Positions 1-9,525 of a stretch of 48,790 nucleotides of DNA are shown in pieces. The translations under genes and the position numbers were made by a program. Source of the stretch: Acidobacteriota bacterium (GTDB lineage: Bacteria > Acidobacteriota > Polarisedimenticolia > Gp22-AA2 > AA152). Numbering within the stretch: the stretch's first letter is position 1; the number at the start of each line of letters is the position of its first letter. The notes below the pieces were generated by a model, which searched no databases, had not been told where the DNA came from, and worked only from the letters and a program-made list of their open reading frames with translations. The stretch covers positions 1-48,790 of the forward strand of contig JAKEFJ010000048.1 of the NCBI GenBank assembly GCA_022616665.1, written 5' to 3'.

Positions 1-795
1 CAGTGACATCTCGCCCATCTGGTCCGCGATGCGCTGGCTGTTGAGGACCGAGACATCCGCAACGAAGCCGCGCCAGGATCCGGCGTGGGCGCTGAACTTC
101 TCGCGGAAATAGGCCTCGTTGGCCTTGCCGATCTGCTCGGTGGTGAACCACAGCTGGGAGAGGATCATCCGATCGGCGCCCATCTCCTCCACCGTCTTGT
201 AGGTTTCCAGCAGCACGTCCTGATTTCCGGGAGAGATGGTGGTGTTCACGACGATCTCGGGCTTGCGGCCGTTGCCGTTGCGCGCCTCGCGGACCGCCTT
301 CACCCCATCGGCGATTTTCTGGAAGGAGCCCTGCATACCCCGAATCCGATCGTGTACCTCCTGGGGGCCGTCCACGGAAACCATGATGGCGTCCACCCCC
401 AGGTCCGCGAGTCGGCGCGAGTCCCTCGGAAGGTAAGTCCCGTTGGTGTTGATGCTGCAGTACATCCCCTTGGATTTGATGAACTCGACGAAGGGAAGAA
501 TGTCGCGGTGCAGGAACGGCTCGCCTCCCCAGAGGAAGGCCCCGGTACCATCCTTGGCAACGTCCTCGATGACCGAGCAGAGTGTGGCAAGGTTCAGCTG
601 CTGGATCTCGTGCTCTTTCGAGAGATCGTGGAAAAGGCCCTGCTCACCCCATTGCCAGCACATGGTGCATCGGAGATTGCAGCGATAGGTCATCATGAAA
701 GTGAGAATTCGGGGGGCCTGCCAGCGGTCGGCCATGAAGACCGGCCCCGCCCTCAGCAGCAGTTCCTTGAGCCTCGTTCCCAGGTCGTAAGACAA
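1..795 (-). CDS. Radical SAM protein, probably SPASM/twitch-type; 3' end runs off the window
   Basis: Not in the ORF track; translated by hand from TTG at 795 (SD GAGG upstream, 1 nt after the upstream stop): MSYDLGTRLKELLL...TYRCNLRCTMCWQW (CxxxCxxC)...WGGEPFL...INTNG...VSVDGPQEVHDRIRG. Open to position 1. Confidence 0.92.
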   Translation of the reverse strand, partial: MSYDLGTRLKELLLRAGPVFMADRWQAPRILTFMMTYRCNLRCTMCWQWGEQGLFHDLSKEHEIQQLNLATLCSVIEDVAKDGTGAFLWGGEPFLHRDILPFVEFIKSKGMYCSINTNGTYLPRDSRRLADLGVDAIMVSVDGPQEVHDRIRGMQGSFQKIADGVKAVREARNGNGRKPEIVVNTTISPGNQDVLLETYKTVEEMGADRMILSQLWFTTEQIGKANEAYFREKFSAHAGSWRGFVADVSVLNSQRIADQMGEMSL

Positions 796-796
796 T

Positions 797-2512
797 TCAC
801 TGCCTCATTTTCTTGGGCGTCACCACCGCCAGATAATTGATTGCCAGTTGCCTGTCCACCTCGCACAACGATCGCGCCACTCCCCACCCTGAGGCGGAGG
901 CGGCCCGGACCAGCCTCTCCGAGGCGAGGCCGAGAGCATTGACTCCGAGATAGATTCCCTTGAGGGGAAGCGCAAGCGCCATCCCCAGGTGGGGATGCTG
1001 CTTCACCAGGTGACCTTCCACACCCAGGGCCAGCACCGCATTGGCCAGCTGCGGGACAAGCTGCAGGTAGCCGCCATTCGCCTCCACGCGAACCTCGCCA
1101 AACTCGGAAAGGACTTCCTCCAGCTCCCGGCGGCTCCAGCGGTGCAGCCGATCGGAGGGGGGATGGGGCCAGATGCCAATGGTCGTCACGATGATTCTCC
1201 CGCCGGGGCGGGTGACCCGGGCGAATTCGGCAAGGACATGGCGAAAATCGGCCATGAGATAAAACGCCTGGGTGCACAAGGTCAGATCGAAGGAATCCGA
1301 ACGAAAAGGCAGCGCCAGCGCATCTCCGCGCACGGCCACGCCATGGTAGGGGCTGAGATCCATCCCCACGTACCGCGAAGCCCTTGGGGAAAAGAATTCC
1401 CGGTAAGGCGTGTACTTGCACCCCACGTCCAGGATTTCCAGACCCGACTTGCCGTTGAGAGCGGCCGCCTGCCGCCTGAGCCCTGCGGCTATTTCCCGCA
1501 GCATGAGGTAATCGTATTGCCATATCCGCGGCTTTGAGATGCGGCGCACCACGCGCCGTGCCTCGTGCTCCGGGTGGCTTCCGTTCGAGCTGCTCATGAC
1601 TTCTCCGCTTGCAGGGAGGCGCGGGGAGCTGCCTCCACCGGCCAGCGTCGCGCCCACGAATCCTCGCACCAGTCCCTCGGAAAAGGACAGCGAAGCGCGC
1701 AGATCATGCCCCCGTCCCAGCACCGCAGCTCCGGCCGCGTCCCGTCCACCATCCCACAGACTTCTGGCCATGCGGGCCACCATGTGGAGATTCCCCCGGC
1801 GCGCGTGCTTTCCGTAGAAGGCCCCCTGGCCGATCCCGTAATCGCGATAGAGCCCCTGCTGTTGCCGGGGCTTGCGCCAGGAACGGTGTGTGACCACCAG
1901 ATTCGGGAGATAACGGATGGGCACTCGGGCCCGCAGCAGCCGGTATCCCAAGTCGTTGTCTTCCGCGGCCGGCCAGCTCGTCCCGGGTCCCAGCGTCTCA
2001 TCGAAAGGCCCGACCCGGCGAAGGACGGGCGCGGGTATCGCCATGTTGTTTCCGAACAGGACGTCCCGAAAAGCCGGGCGTCGATATTCCCTCTCCTGGC
2101 CCTCGTCCAGAAGAGAAGGGGCGATGACCGCATCCCCCTCCCGTTCACCCGCCAGCACTCTTCCTGTCAGGGCCACCTCGCCCCGCGTGTCCACGCACGC
2201 CCGGTGCATTTCCTCCAACCAGTTCTCCGCCACCCGGCAGTCGTCATCGGTGAAGGCGAGCAGCCCCCCTTTCGCCTCGGCGATTCCTCGGTTGAGGGCC
2301 GCGCTTTTCCCTCGCCGGGGGCAGTGCACATGTCGCAACCAGCGCTCGGGGCCGTCTTCCTCCGGCTCGCGATGTTGCAGATTGCGGCTTTGGTCGAGGA
2401 CGATGATTTCCACGCCCTCGAAGGGTGACCGGCGCAGGTGGGCCAGACAATCGGCGAGTAGCTCCGGGCGATCCGCGGTGGCGATGAGCACAGAAATCCG
2501 GGGGCCTCTCAT
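797..2512 (-). CDS. GT2 glycosyltransferase fused to a class I SAM-dependent methyltransferase
   Basis: Start at ATG 2512 (ATGA overlap with the upstream stop). N-half ISVLIAT..LDQS..FTDDDC..FDETLGPG..AEDNDL is GT2. C-half ILDVGCK..GDALALPFRSDSFDL..RVTRPGG is Methyltransf_11-like. Confidence 0.85.
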   Translation of the reverse strand: MRGPRISVLIATADRPELLADCLAHLRRSPFEGVEIIVLDQSRNLQHREPEEDGPERWLRHVHCPRRGKSAALNRGIAEAKGGLLAFTDDDCRVAENWLEEMHRACVDTRGEVALTGRVLAGEREGDAVIAPSLLDEGQEREYRRPAFRDVLFGNNMAIPAPVLRRVGPFDETLGPGTSWPAAEDNDLGYRLLRARVPIRYLPNLVVTHRSWRKPRQQQGLYRDYGIGQGAFYGKHARRGNLHMVARMARSLWDGGRDAAGAAVLGRGHDLRASLSFSEGLVRGFVGATLAGGGSSPRLPASGEVMSSSNGSHPEHEARRVVRRISKPRIWQYDYLMLREIAAGLRRQAAALNGKSGLEILDVGCKYTPYREFFSPRASRYVGMDLSPYHGVAVRGDALALPFRSDSFDLTLCTQAFYLMADFRHVLAEFARVTRPGGRIIVTTIGIWPHPPSDRLHRWSRRELEEVLSEFGEVRVEANGGYLQLVPQLANAVLALGVEGHLVKQHPHLGMALALPLKGIYLGVNALGLASERLVRAASASGWGVARSLCEVDRQLAINYLAVVTPKKMRQ

Positions 2513-3510
2513 GCGGTCCTCCCCCGCTGTTCGCCGGTTTCTCGTTGAGGCTCTGCTCGCGAGGCTCCCGAACGACGAAATCCCTTCCAATAGCGTCGCT
2601 CTCCCAGAAGGGACTGCGCCTTGCCCAGGATGCTTCCGCGTGCTCCCATCCATTCCAGTGACGCCATCCCCGCTTCCAGCAGACTCCAGGCGGGAGCCAG
2701 GGGATCCAGCGTCGACAGCCCGCTTGCCCGGGCCACGCGCTTGAGAGGGTGGTGGGGCACTGAGGCGAAGCGAAGCTCCCGCTCCAAGGAGGGATGCTTT
2801 CCGGCCAGGTCTCGATCCGCCATCCCGACGCACTCGCAGTCCCGAAGCCAGCGGTACAGGGTCTTGTCGTAGATCTGGCGGGCCACAGCAATAGAGAGAT
2901 AGCGCATCTCCGCTCCCGCTTGGATGAGCCGCCAGCCCAGGTCATAGTCCTCATTGCCATAGCGGATGAAAGATTCGTCGAATCCCCCGGCGCGCTGGAG
3001 AAGCTGCCGCGACATGGAGGCGTGGCCGAAATGGCAGTCGTCGAAGCGGAATTCGTAGCCCGGCGTCGAGAGGCGTTGCTCCACCTGACCTCCCCAGATT
3101 TCAATGCCCTGCTTCAGGAAGGAATGCCGCAATCCCTCAGCCAAGGCGAGGCCGCCGAAGACGACCCGTTCCATCCCGTCGGTATGCGCCTCACGGTGAG
3201 CGCAGATCGATCCCTCCTTCAGGATCATGTCATCGTCGAGAAACAGGACGACTTCCGAGGAGGCCGCATGAGCGCCCCGGTTTCTGGCGGCCGCCAAGCC
3301 ACGATTCTCCTGGGAGACCACGCGCAGCAGAGGATCGCCGCGGAACCGGCTGAGCATCTCCAGGGTTCCATCGCGAGACCCGTCCACCACCACCAGGATT
3401 TCCGCGCCCCCCGCCGCGCCTGCCTGATTCAGCAGCGCCGGTAGCGTTCGCTCCAACAATCCGCGACGGCTGTAGGTGGGAACCACGATCGACAGGCGCG
3501 TGGTGGTCAT
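2509..3510 (-). CDS. GT2 glycosyltransferase
   Basis: MTTTRLSIVVPTY..VVVDGSRDG..AARNRG..FLDDD..GGFDE..EDYDL. Start 3510 by ATGA overlap. Confidence 0.92.
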   Translation of the reverse strand: MTTTRLSIVVPTYSRRGLLERTLPALLNQAGAAGGAEILVVVDGSRDGTLEMLSRFRGDPLLRVVSQENRGLAAARNRGAHAASSEVVLFLDDDMILKEGSICAHREAHTDGMERVVFGGLALAEGLRHSFLKQGIEIWGGQVEQRLSTPGYEFRFDDCHFGHASMSRQLLQRAGGFDESFIRYGNEDYDLGWRLIQAGAEMRYLSIAVARQIYDKTLYRWLRDCECVGMADRDLAGKHPSLERELRFASVPHHPLKRVARASGLSTLDPLAPAWSLLEAGMASLEWMGARGSILGKAQSLLGERRYWKGFRRSGASRAEPQRETGEQRGRTA

Positions 3511-4301
3511 GACATCCCTCGCAGCGGCTCCGGAGCCGTTTGACCCGCCAAGGCCGCCAGGGAGGAGGCGGCCCATTCCCGCATGCCAAACCCGGTCCTG
3601 AGCTTGAAGGCGAAGGACCACTGCGTCTCGTGGCAGGTGATCAGGCTGCGGCGGAGCTGGAAGGGATCGGTTCCTTCGCCGTTGCCTCCACGAATGTCGG
3701 CGCAGGCGCTCTCATATCCCGCCTCCCTCAGCAAGGCCAGACAGCGATCGTCGAAGAGCCCATGGGGATAGGAGAAATGACTCACCCGGATGCCGAGCCG
3801 ATCCTCCAGAATCTGCTTGGAGCCTAGAATCTCCTCACGCAGATCGAGTTGGGGGATGCTGGGGAGCGGGCGGTGGGTCCGGCTGTGGGATCCCAGCTCA
3901 ATACCCCGGGCGGCAAGATCGGCGGCCTCCTTCCATGAGAGCAGAGGCCGGGGCGGATCCCCATGCCGCGCATCCCAGGTGTTGCTCTCGCCGACCCGAT
4001 CCGCGACCAGGAAGATCGTCGCCGAAAAGCCATATTCCTCCAGCACCGGCGCCACTTCCTGCATGAAATCCCGGTAGCCGTCGTCGAAGGTGAGGGAAAC
4101 TGCCCGCTGGGGGAGTGGACGCGTTCCCCGCGCCACCTCAACCACCTCGCCGAGAGGGATCGTTCGATACCCGTTCTCATGCAGGGATCGCATCTGGGAG
4201 CGGAATTGATCCGGAGTCAGCCCCCACTGGCGCAGTCGCTGGCCCGGATCTCCGCTGATCCAGTGGTACATCAGGATTTTCACGCCTCGGCTCTCAGGCA
4301 C
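3507..4301 (-). CDS. Polysaccharide deacetylase (NodB/CE4, IcaB-like)
   Basis: ILMYH, LTFDDGY, GSHSRTH and FSYPHG motifs. GTG 4301 has GAGGAGG upstream; the ORF track start is 4325. Confidence 0.92.
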   Translation of the reverse strand: MPESRGVKILMYHWISGDPGQRLRQWGLTPDQFRSQMRSLHENGYRTIPLGEVVEVARGTRPLPQRAVSLTFDDGYRDFMQEVAPVLEEYGFSATIFLVADRVGESNTWDARHGDPPRPLLSWKEAADLAARGIELGSHSRTHRPLPSIPQLDLREEILGSKQILEDRLGIRVSHFSYPHGLFDDRCLALLREAGYESACADIRGGNGEGTDPFQLRRSLITCHETQWSFAFKLRTGFGMREWAASSLAALAGQTAPEPLRGMS

Positions 4302-5253
4302 CGGTCTTCGCCTCCTCTTGAGCATCCTCGCGCGTGCGGGTGAATCCGGAAAAGATCAGCCAGCTCGCAACGCCTTGCCCCAGGCCCGAAAGATAGGCCC
4401 GGCCGGTGCGCCACGCCGAAGCATCCCGCCGCAGCGCCCCCAGCAGCGCCGTCTTGCCCTGGGCCAAGAGGACCGCCAGGGCCACCCGCGAAGGGAAAAA
4501 GTCACCACGCGCAATCCGTTTGAGCGCCCAGACGGCGATTCCGTATCCGTACTCCCATTCCACCGCCGACTGGGTCTCGCCGTCGCGCCAGGGCAGGTGC
4601 GCCACGATCACCTCCGGGTCGTAGCGAATCCGGCCACCGCGCAGTAGCAGGCGGTGAATCAGGTCGGTGTCCTCGGCGCTTCGATAGCGGCCGCCTGCCC
4701 CCAGCTCCGGATCGAACGGACCGATGCGGTTCAACCAGCTCCTCCGCACCGAAAGGTTGAACCCGCCTCCCACCGTGGAGGGGTCCACCGGTCTTGTGTA
4801 GATCTTCACCTCCGAAGGGTGCCATGTGGTGGCCGCCAGGATGCGAGGATCGGCACAGTCGCTCGGCTCAGGCAAGGAGCCACCGGTGACCGCGGCCAGC
4901 TCCGGATCGCTGGAGAACGCTCGGGCCACCGAGTCCGCCCAATCGCGGCGCGCCAGGCAGTCATCGTCGATGAAGCCCAGAATTTCCCCCCGGGACTCCC
5001 GAACCGCCAGGTTGCGCGCGCGGCTGAGCCCACGGCTGGGTGTCGGTATCCATCTAAGATTCGGGATTCGCCTCTGATGTTGACGCACCAGCTCCCCCGT
5101 CTCGGGACCGTCGCTCTGATCCACCACCAGGATCTCCAGAGGCGCGGGTGCGAGTTCGCCGAGACGCGCCAGACACCTTGCCAGCAGGTCGGGGCGATTG
5201 CGGGTGCAGACCACGACGGTGATTTGCTCGGGAGAAAGGGGCTCGGGCTTCAC
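4294..5253 (-). CDS. GT2 glycosyltransferase
   Basis: TVVVCTRNR..VVDQSD..GLSRARN..FIDDDC..FDPELGAG..AEDTDL; paralogous to the GT2 half of 797-2512. Confidence 0.92.
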   Translation of the reverse strand: MKPEPLSPEQITVVVCTRNRPDLLARCLARLGELAPAPLEILVVDQSDGPETGELVRQHQRRIPNLRWIPTPSRGLSRARNLAVRESRGEILGFIDDDCLARRDWADSVARAFSSDPELAAVTGGSLPEPSDCADPRILAATTWHPSEVKIYTRPVDPSTVGGGFNLSVRRSWLNRIGPFDPELGAGGRYRSAEDTDLIHRLLLRGGRIRYDPEVIVAHLPWRDGETQSAVEWEYGYGIAVWALKRIARGDFFPSRVALAVLLAQGKTALLGALRRDASAWRTGRAYLSGLGQGVASWLIFSGFTRTREDAQEEAKTGA

Positions 5254-7007
5254 AGCATCCCCCCTCCGGTGACAGCGGGTGTCGAAGTCCGCACGTCGGC
5301 GGCGCCGCCTTTCACTTCGAAAACCTTGATCCCTCCATCGTCGTAGACACGTGTGAGAAACGCAGCCTCATCGGGGTCGTACGATCCCAGCTTTCGCTCA
5401 TCCGGTCCGTAGTAGACATAGTCGATGCCGAAGCGCTGCAGCAGCCCCAGGCGTTTGCTGTCATCCCACTCCTCGGAATAGAAGAGCTGGATATCTCGTT
5501 GCCTTGCTTCTATCTCGTTGGTCAGCATGTCCTCCCCGATGAAGACCCGCTGCCCCGACAACCGAGGCACATAGTTGCCAATCCGGTAGGAGGCGAGAAC
5601 CAGGGCCTCCCTGGGAACCTGCCGGTTCAGCCAGTCCATGGCCGCGAGCTGCGTGCTGGGGAGATAGGTCGGTGCTCTCACGATCTTTGCCTCATGCCGA
5701 TAGGAAAGGAAGAGGTTGGCGGTGCTCAGACAGCAGGCCACCAGCATCACACCCATTGCCGCCACCAGTCCGGGTGGCGCCCAAAGGCTCCGCGGCCGGC
5801 ACGGAGCGCGTTTCCGGGCTCGGCGCCGGAGGAGAATTCGGCGGAAGACGGTTCGACGCAATCCCTGGGTGGCGAGAATCGAGAGTGGAATCTGGATCCC
5901 GTTCAGCAGGTGCCATCGCCAGTTGATGTAGGGGACATACGCAAGGATCAACACCGTGAGAACCCATGCCTTGGCCATGCGCTCCCCGGAAGGCCGCCGG
6001 ATCCGCAGGAAGCCATCGAAGGTGAGCATGGCCACGAGGAAACTGGCTCCCAATCCCATTCCAAGGCGGAAAGGCTCGGGGGTGGGGAAATTGAGTCGGG
6101 ATACCACGTCCCCCCACCTCGGCTCCCGCTCCAGAATCAACCGGTTGAAGAACAGCATCCCCAATGGAAGACCCAGGACGATCGCGACGCTCTTCAGCCG
6201 ATTCAAGCCGGGGATGCGTCCCATTCCGAGCCCGTCTAGGAGCAGATACATCCCGGCTATGGGAACGAAGGCCACCGCTTCGAATGCGTGGCTGGATGCC
6301 AGCCCGGCCGCGCAGCAGCCGGCTGCCAGGGCGGGGCCAAACCGCCTGACCCGCTCCGATTTCAGCAGCAGGGCGAGGGAGCCGGTCATGAGGGCCGCGG
6401 CAAAGATAAAGTGCGGGTAGACGATCATGGCGTGAAATAGATTCAATTCTACCAGCCAGTTACTCACCGGCCTGAGGTCGAGACCGGTTGCCCGCAGGAC
6501 GATACGGGTGAACCAGAGGAGGCCTCCTCCGAAGCACGCCAGGAGTAGGGCGAATCTGCGGTAGAAGGGCCGGCGAATTGCCGTGGCGATGAAGGAATAG
6601 GCGGTAAGCACCAGCAAGACGATGGAAACTGCCCCGAAGAGCCGATGGGTGAAGTCAAGACTCCATCCCATCCAGCCGGAGAGCCGTCCCAGGGACAGAT
6701 AAAGAAAATTGAACAGCGCCGGAGGATTGGGCTCAGGAGTAAAGTTGTTGGTGAAGAGAGCCTTTCCTTCGGAAGCCTGGCGCATGAGCGCCAGATAGAC
6801 ATTGTTGTCATCGATGGCGTCGGTCCCCACCAGCCCCATGAATCTTTCCGTGGCGCTCTGGCGAGAATAAGCATCCCAATAAGGGATCCCGACGATGACG
6901 ATGAGAAGCCCCGATAGTAGCAGTGGGAGGATCCACTCCTTCATGCGGATCTGGCCGAACGGCGGCGGCACAGTCGCCTCCGGCCGATAAAGCCCGGCGC
7001 CCCTCAT
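5250..7007 (-). CDS. Polytopic membrane protein, putative GT-C (lipid-linked-donor) glycosyltransferase
   Basis: About 11-13 hydrophobic segments, acidic DAIDDNNVY in the first external loop, and a soluble C-terminal domain (AMDWLNRQVP..GIDYVYYGPDE). Start 7007 by SD GGAGG plus ATGA overlap. Confidence 0.6.
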   Translation of the reverse strand: MRGAGLYRPEATVPPPFGQIRMKEWILPLLLSGLLIVIVGIPYWDAYSRQSATERFMGLVGTDAIDDNNVYLALMRQASEGKALFTNNFTPEPNPPALFNFLYLSLGRLSGWMGWSLDFTHRLFGAVSIVLLVLTAYSFIATAIRRPFYRRFALLLACFGGGLLWFTRIVLRATGLDLRPVSNWLVELNLFHAMIVYPHFIFAAALMTGSLALLLKSERVRRFGPALAAGCCAAGLASSHAFEAVAFVPIAGMYLLLDGLGMGRIPGLNRLKSVAIVLGLPLGMLFFNRLILEREPRWGDVVSRLNFPTPEPFRLGMGLGASFLVAMLTFDGFLRIRRPSGERMAKAWVLTVLILAYVPYINWRWHLLNGIQIPLSILATQGLRRTVFRRILLRRRARKRAPCRPRSLWAPPGLVAAMGVMLVACCLSTANLFLSYRHEAKIVRAPTYLPSTQLAAMDWLNRQVPREALVLASYRIGNYVPRLSGQRVFIGEDMLTNEIEARQRDIQLFYSEEWDDSKRLGLLQRFGIDYVYYGPDERKLGSYDPDEAAFLTRVYDDGGIKVFEVKGGAADVRTSTPAVTGGGML

Positions 7008-8512
7008 CGCGTGACCTCCGCCCAGGCTCTTCCCACGAGCCGCCGCTCTTCCCGGAACGTTCCGCTCAAGCCGTAGACCAGAGCGAATCCCGCCAGGCAG
7101 GTTGCTCCACGCGCCGCCAGGATCGGAAGCGTCGGATCGGGAATCCAGCTCTTCCACAGCCACATCACCAGGGCCACCGGCAAGCCTGCACCCAGAGGCG
7201 CGGCAATGGAGCGCAGCAAAAACCCCGATGACTGCACTCCCGCCCAGGCGCACCCGCGCCTGAGGATGAGGAACAGGTCCACTCCCATTGTGGCGATCAG
7301 CGTGCCCAGCGCCGCACCCGCCAGGGAGAATAGCCGGTAACCGGCCACCACGAGGACCAGATTCAGCGCATATCGGACGGACTCGGCCTTGAGCAGATCC
7401 GAGACTCTTCCCGCTCCGAACAGCAGCGTCGTAGCGGTCAAGGATGCGGCTCCCACCAGGCCCGTGAGGGCGAGGGCGCGCAGCGCTGGCAGGCCTTGCA
7501 CGAAGCTTTCACCGGCCCAGTGCCGCAGGATCGCTCCCCCGTCCACCATCAGCAGGGTCACGATCGGCATGGCAAGGGCGAGGTTCACGCGCGTCGCGAC
7601 TTCCAGCATCCTGGCGGCAGCGGCACCTCCCTCCGCAGCGTCGGCGCGCGATGCGAGCGGAAAGAGGACGCCGGAAATGGGTTGGAGACCCTTCAGGATG
7701 AGAGAAGCCAGCGTTGCTCCCGCCGCGAACAACGCCACCACCTGGGGTCCCGCCAGGATTCCCAGAATCAGGAGGTCGGCGTTCTCGAAAAGGGTCCTGA
7801 CGCTCTCGTAGCCGAATGAAAGGAAAGAAAAGAGGGAGGCTCCCCGTTCCAGGCCCCGGTAGGCGCCCCCTCCGGTGAAGTGGATCCCGGGAGCGATGCG
7901 ACGAATCGTCAGCCAGCGCGCCAGGTGCCCGGAGATGGAAGCAACCAGCTGAACTGCCCCCAGCGAAACCACCCCGAATCCCGCGTTGAGAAGGGCCGCT
8001 GTGGCCACGAGCCGGAACAACGCGGTCGACACTTCGATGGCATTCAAGAGGCCAAAACAATGCAGTCCTGCCAGGACGCTGCGGGTCACTCCGAAGGGAA
8101 ATGAAACCAGAAAATTCAAGGCGATGAGAATGAGCAAAACACGCACCGGACCCTGGCGCTGGGACGTGACGTGAAACCTGTCGAGCGCGGTGAAGCTCAA
8201 GAGGATGAGACCGGCGCATGCGACCATTCCCACCACGAGGTAGATGCGGAAGATGGATCCAAGCTCTCGATTGGCCTGCTCGGCGCGCCCCGCGTCCACG
8301 TGGGCTGCCACGGAGCGGACGCCGGCGGCGCCGCTCCCGGCGTTGAGAAAGCCGAAATAGCTTCCCAGAGCCGTGGCCATCACCCAAAGCCCATACTCCA
8401 CGGCACCCAGGTGGCTTATGACCATCGGTGTGAGGACCAGGAGCATCAGTCCGTTCACCGCAGCTCCTGCGTATCCTGACGTGATATTGCGCGCCAGCCG
8501 GCCCATGTTCAT
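7004..8512 (-). CDS. Wzx/MOP-family oligosaccharide flippase
   Basis: RLARNITSGY..LTPMVISHLGAVEYGLW..DLLILGILAGPQVVALF; ~500 aa with 12-14 TMs. Start 8512 by ATGA overlap. Confidence 0.88.
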   Translation of the reverse strand: MNMGRLARNITSGYAGAAVNGLMLLVLTPMVISHLGAVEYGLWVMATALGSYFGFLNAGSGAAGVRSVAAHVDAGRAEQANRELGSIFRIYLVVGMVACAGLILLSFTALDRFHVTSQRQGPVRVLLILIALNFLVSFPFGVTRSVLAGLHCFGLLNAIEVSTALFRLVATAALLNAGFGVVSLGAVQLVASISGHLARWLTIRRIAPGIHFTGGGAYRGLERGASLFSFLSFGYESVRTLFENADLLILGILAGPQVVALFAAGATLASLILKGLQPISGVLFPLASRADAAEGGAAAARMLEVATRVNLALAMPIVTLLMVDGGAILRHWAGESFVQGLPALRALALTGLVGAASLTATTLLFGAGRVSDLLKAESVRYALNLVLVVAGYRLFSLAGAALGTLIATMGVDLFLILRRGCAWAGVQSSGFLLRSIAAPLGAGLPVALVMWLWKSWIPDPTLPILAARGATCLAGFALVYGLSGTFREERRLVGRAWAEVTR

Positions 8513-9525
8513 GAAATCTCTTTCGCCCCCGAGAGAACGTCGGAAGGTGTCTCCAGGATTTTTCGAACTCCGGCACGGGCGCGGGCGAAGTTGCCGGTCT
8601 CGTCCTGCTCCAGATAGCGGAATTTCTTGAGGCAGAAACCTGCCCACGCCAGGGCCAGCAGGGACGGGAGAATCGCTGTGGGAAATTCCATCTTGCTTGC
8701 ATAGCGCCCAAGGGTTCGGCGAAGCTCGGAAGCCAAGGGATCGCGGCCCTTGAGGAGCCGATCCAGGGCGCCGAATGGATCCCAGCGCCCGGAGCCTTCG
8801 CTGCGAAACGCCAGCCAGAGGCAGACGTCCAAAAGGTCATAAGCGGGCAGAGAGAGCTCGTCGCAGAGTTCCCAATCGATGACTCCGTAATGCAGCCCGT
8901 ATTCGAGGATGTTCTCACCGCAAAAATCGCCATGCGCAAGCACCGACGGGAAGGATCCTCCAAATCCCTCCCACACCTCACGGGCGGCTGATTCCAGAAG
9001 TGTCCGAGAGCGCCCTGTCCGGTCCAGCTTCACGCTGAATTCTTCGGTCCAGACCGGTACCAATCCACCCGCCTCACCCCGGGTAGCCTTCCCCAGGCTG
9101 GCACTCCAGCTTGAAACCCAATTCAACAGGCGAATGCACCGCCCGTTGAACCGCATTCCCGGCGTGACCCACTTGGAAATCTTTTCGCCCTTGAGTGCGG
9201 ATTGGAGGAGCATTCGCCGGCCCGCCACCTCCCGGTAAAGCAACGGTTTCGGCACAGACCCTGCCGGAAGACGCTCGCCGGTCTGGCACAGCGCCTGCAG
9301 ACCGCGATGCTCCTGGTCGAGGTGCTTGATGCCAGCCAAATCGAATCCCACCTTTCCCACCGCGGCTGGATACCGTTGCTGCGGCAGGAAAAAGAAATAG
9401 AGAGACTGGTCGGCATAGTTCTTGTCTCCATGGGGACGGTGGATCATCATCACCGCGATGTCGCGCGGCGAGACTCCCAGCCCCATGGCGGCAAAATCTC
9501 GATAGGTTTCCGACAGCACATCCAT
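8509..9525 (-). CDS. Aminoglycoside-phosphotransferase/kinase-like protein
   Basis: Brenner-type HGDFCGENIL followed by VIDWE. Start 9525 (SD AGGAG, TGATG overlap). Confidence 0.8.
   Translation of the reverse strand: MDVLSETYRDFAAMGLGVSPRDIAVMMIHRPHGDKNYADQSLYFFFLPQQRYPAAVGKVGFDLAGIKHLDQEHRGLQALCQTGERLPAGSVPKPLLYREVAGRRMLLQSALKGEKISKWVTPGMRFNGRCIRLLNWVSSWSASLGKATRGEAGGLVPVWTEEFSVKLDRTGRSRTLLESAAREVWEGFGGSFPSVLAHGDFCGENILEYGLHYGVIDWELCDELSLPAYDLLDVCLWLAFRSEGSGRWDPFGALDRLLKGRDPLASELRRTLGRYASKMEFPTAILPSLLALAWAGFCLKKFRYLEQDETGNFARARAGVRKILETPSDVLSGAKEIS

Noticed and set aside
85-840. 251-aa plus-strand ORF and the many other long antisense or alternate-frame ORFs (e.g. 7509-8981, 25795-27102, 30666-31904, 38784-40244, 44473-45837)
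   Set aside because: They overlap well-supported genes, lack family motifs, and are expected shadows in high-GC DNA.
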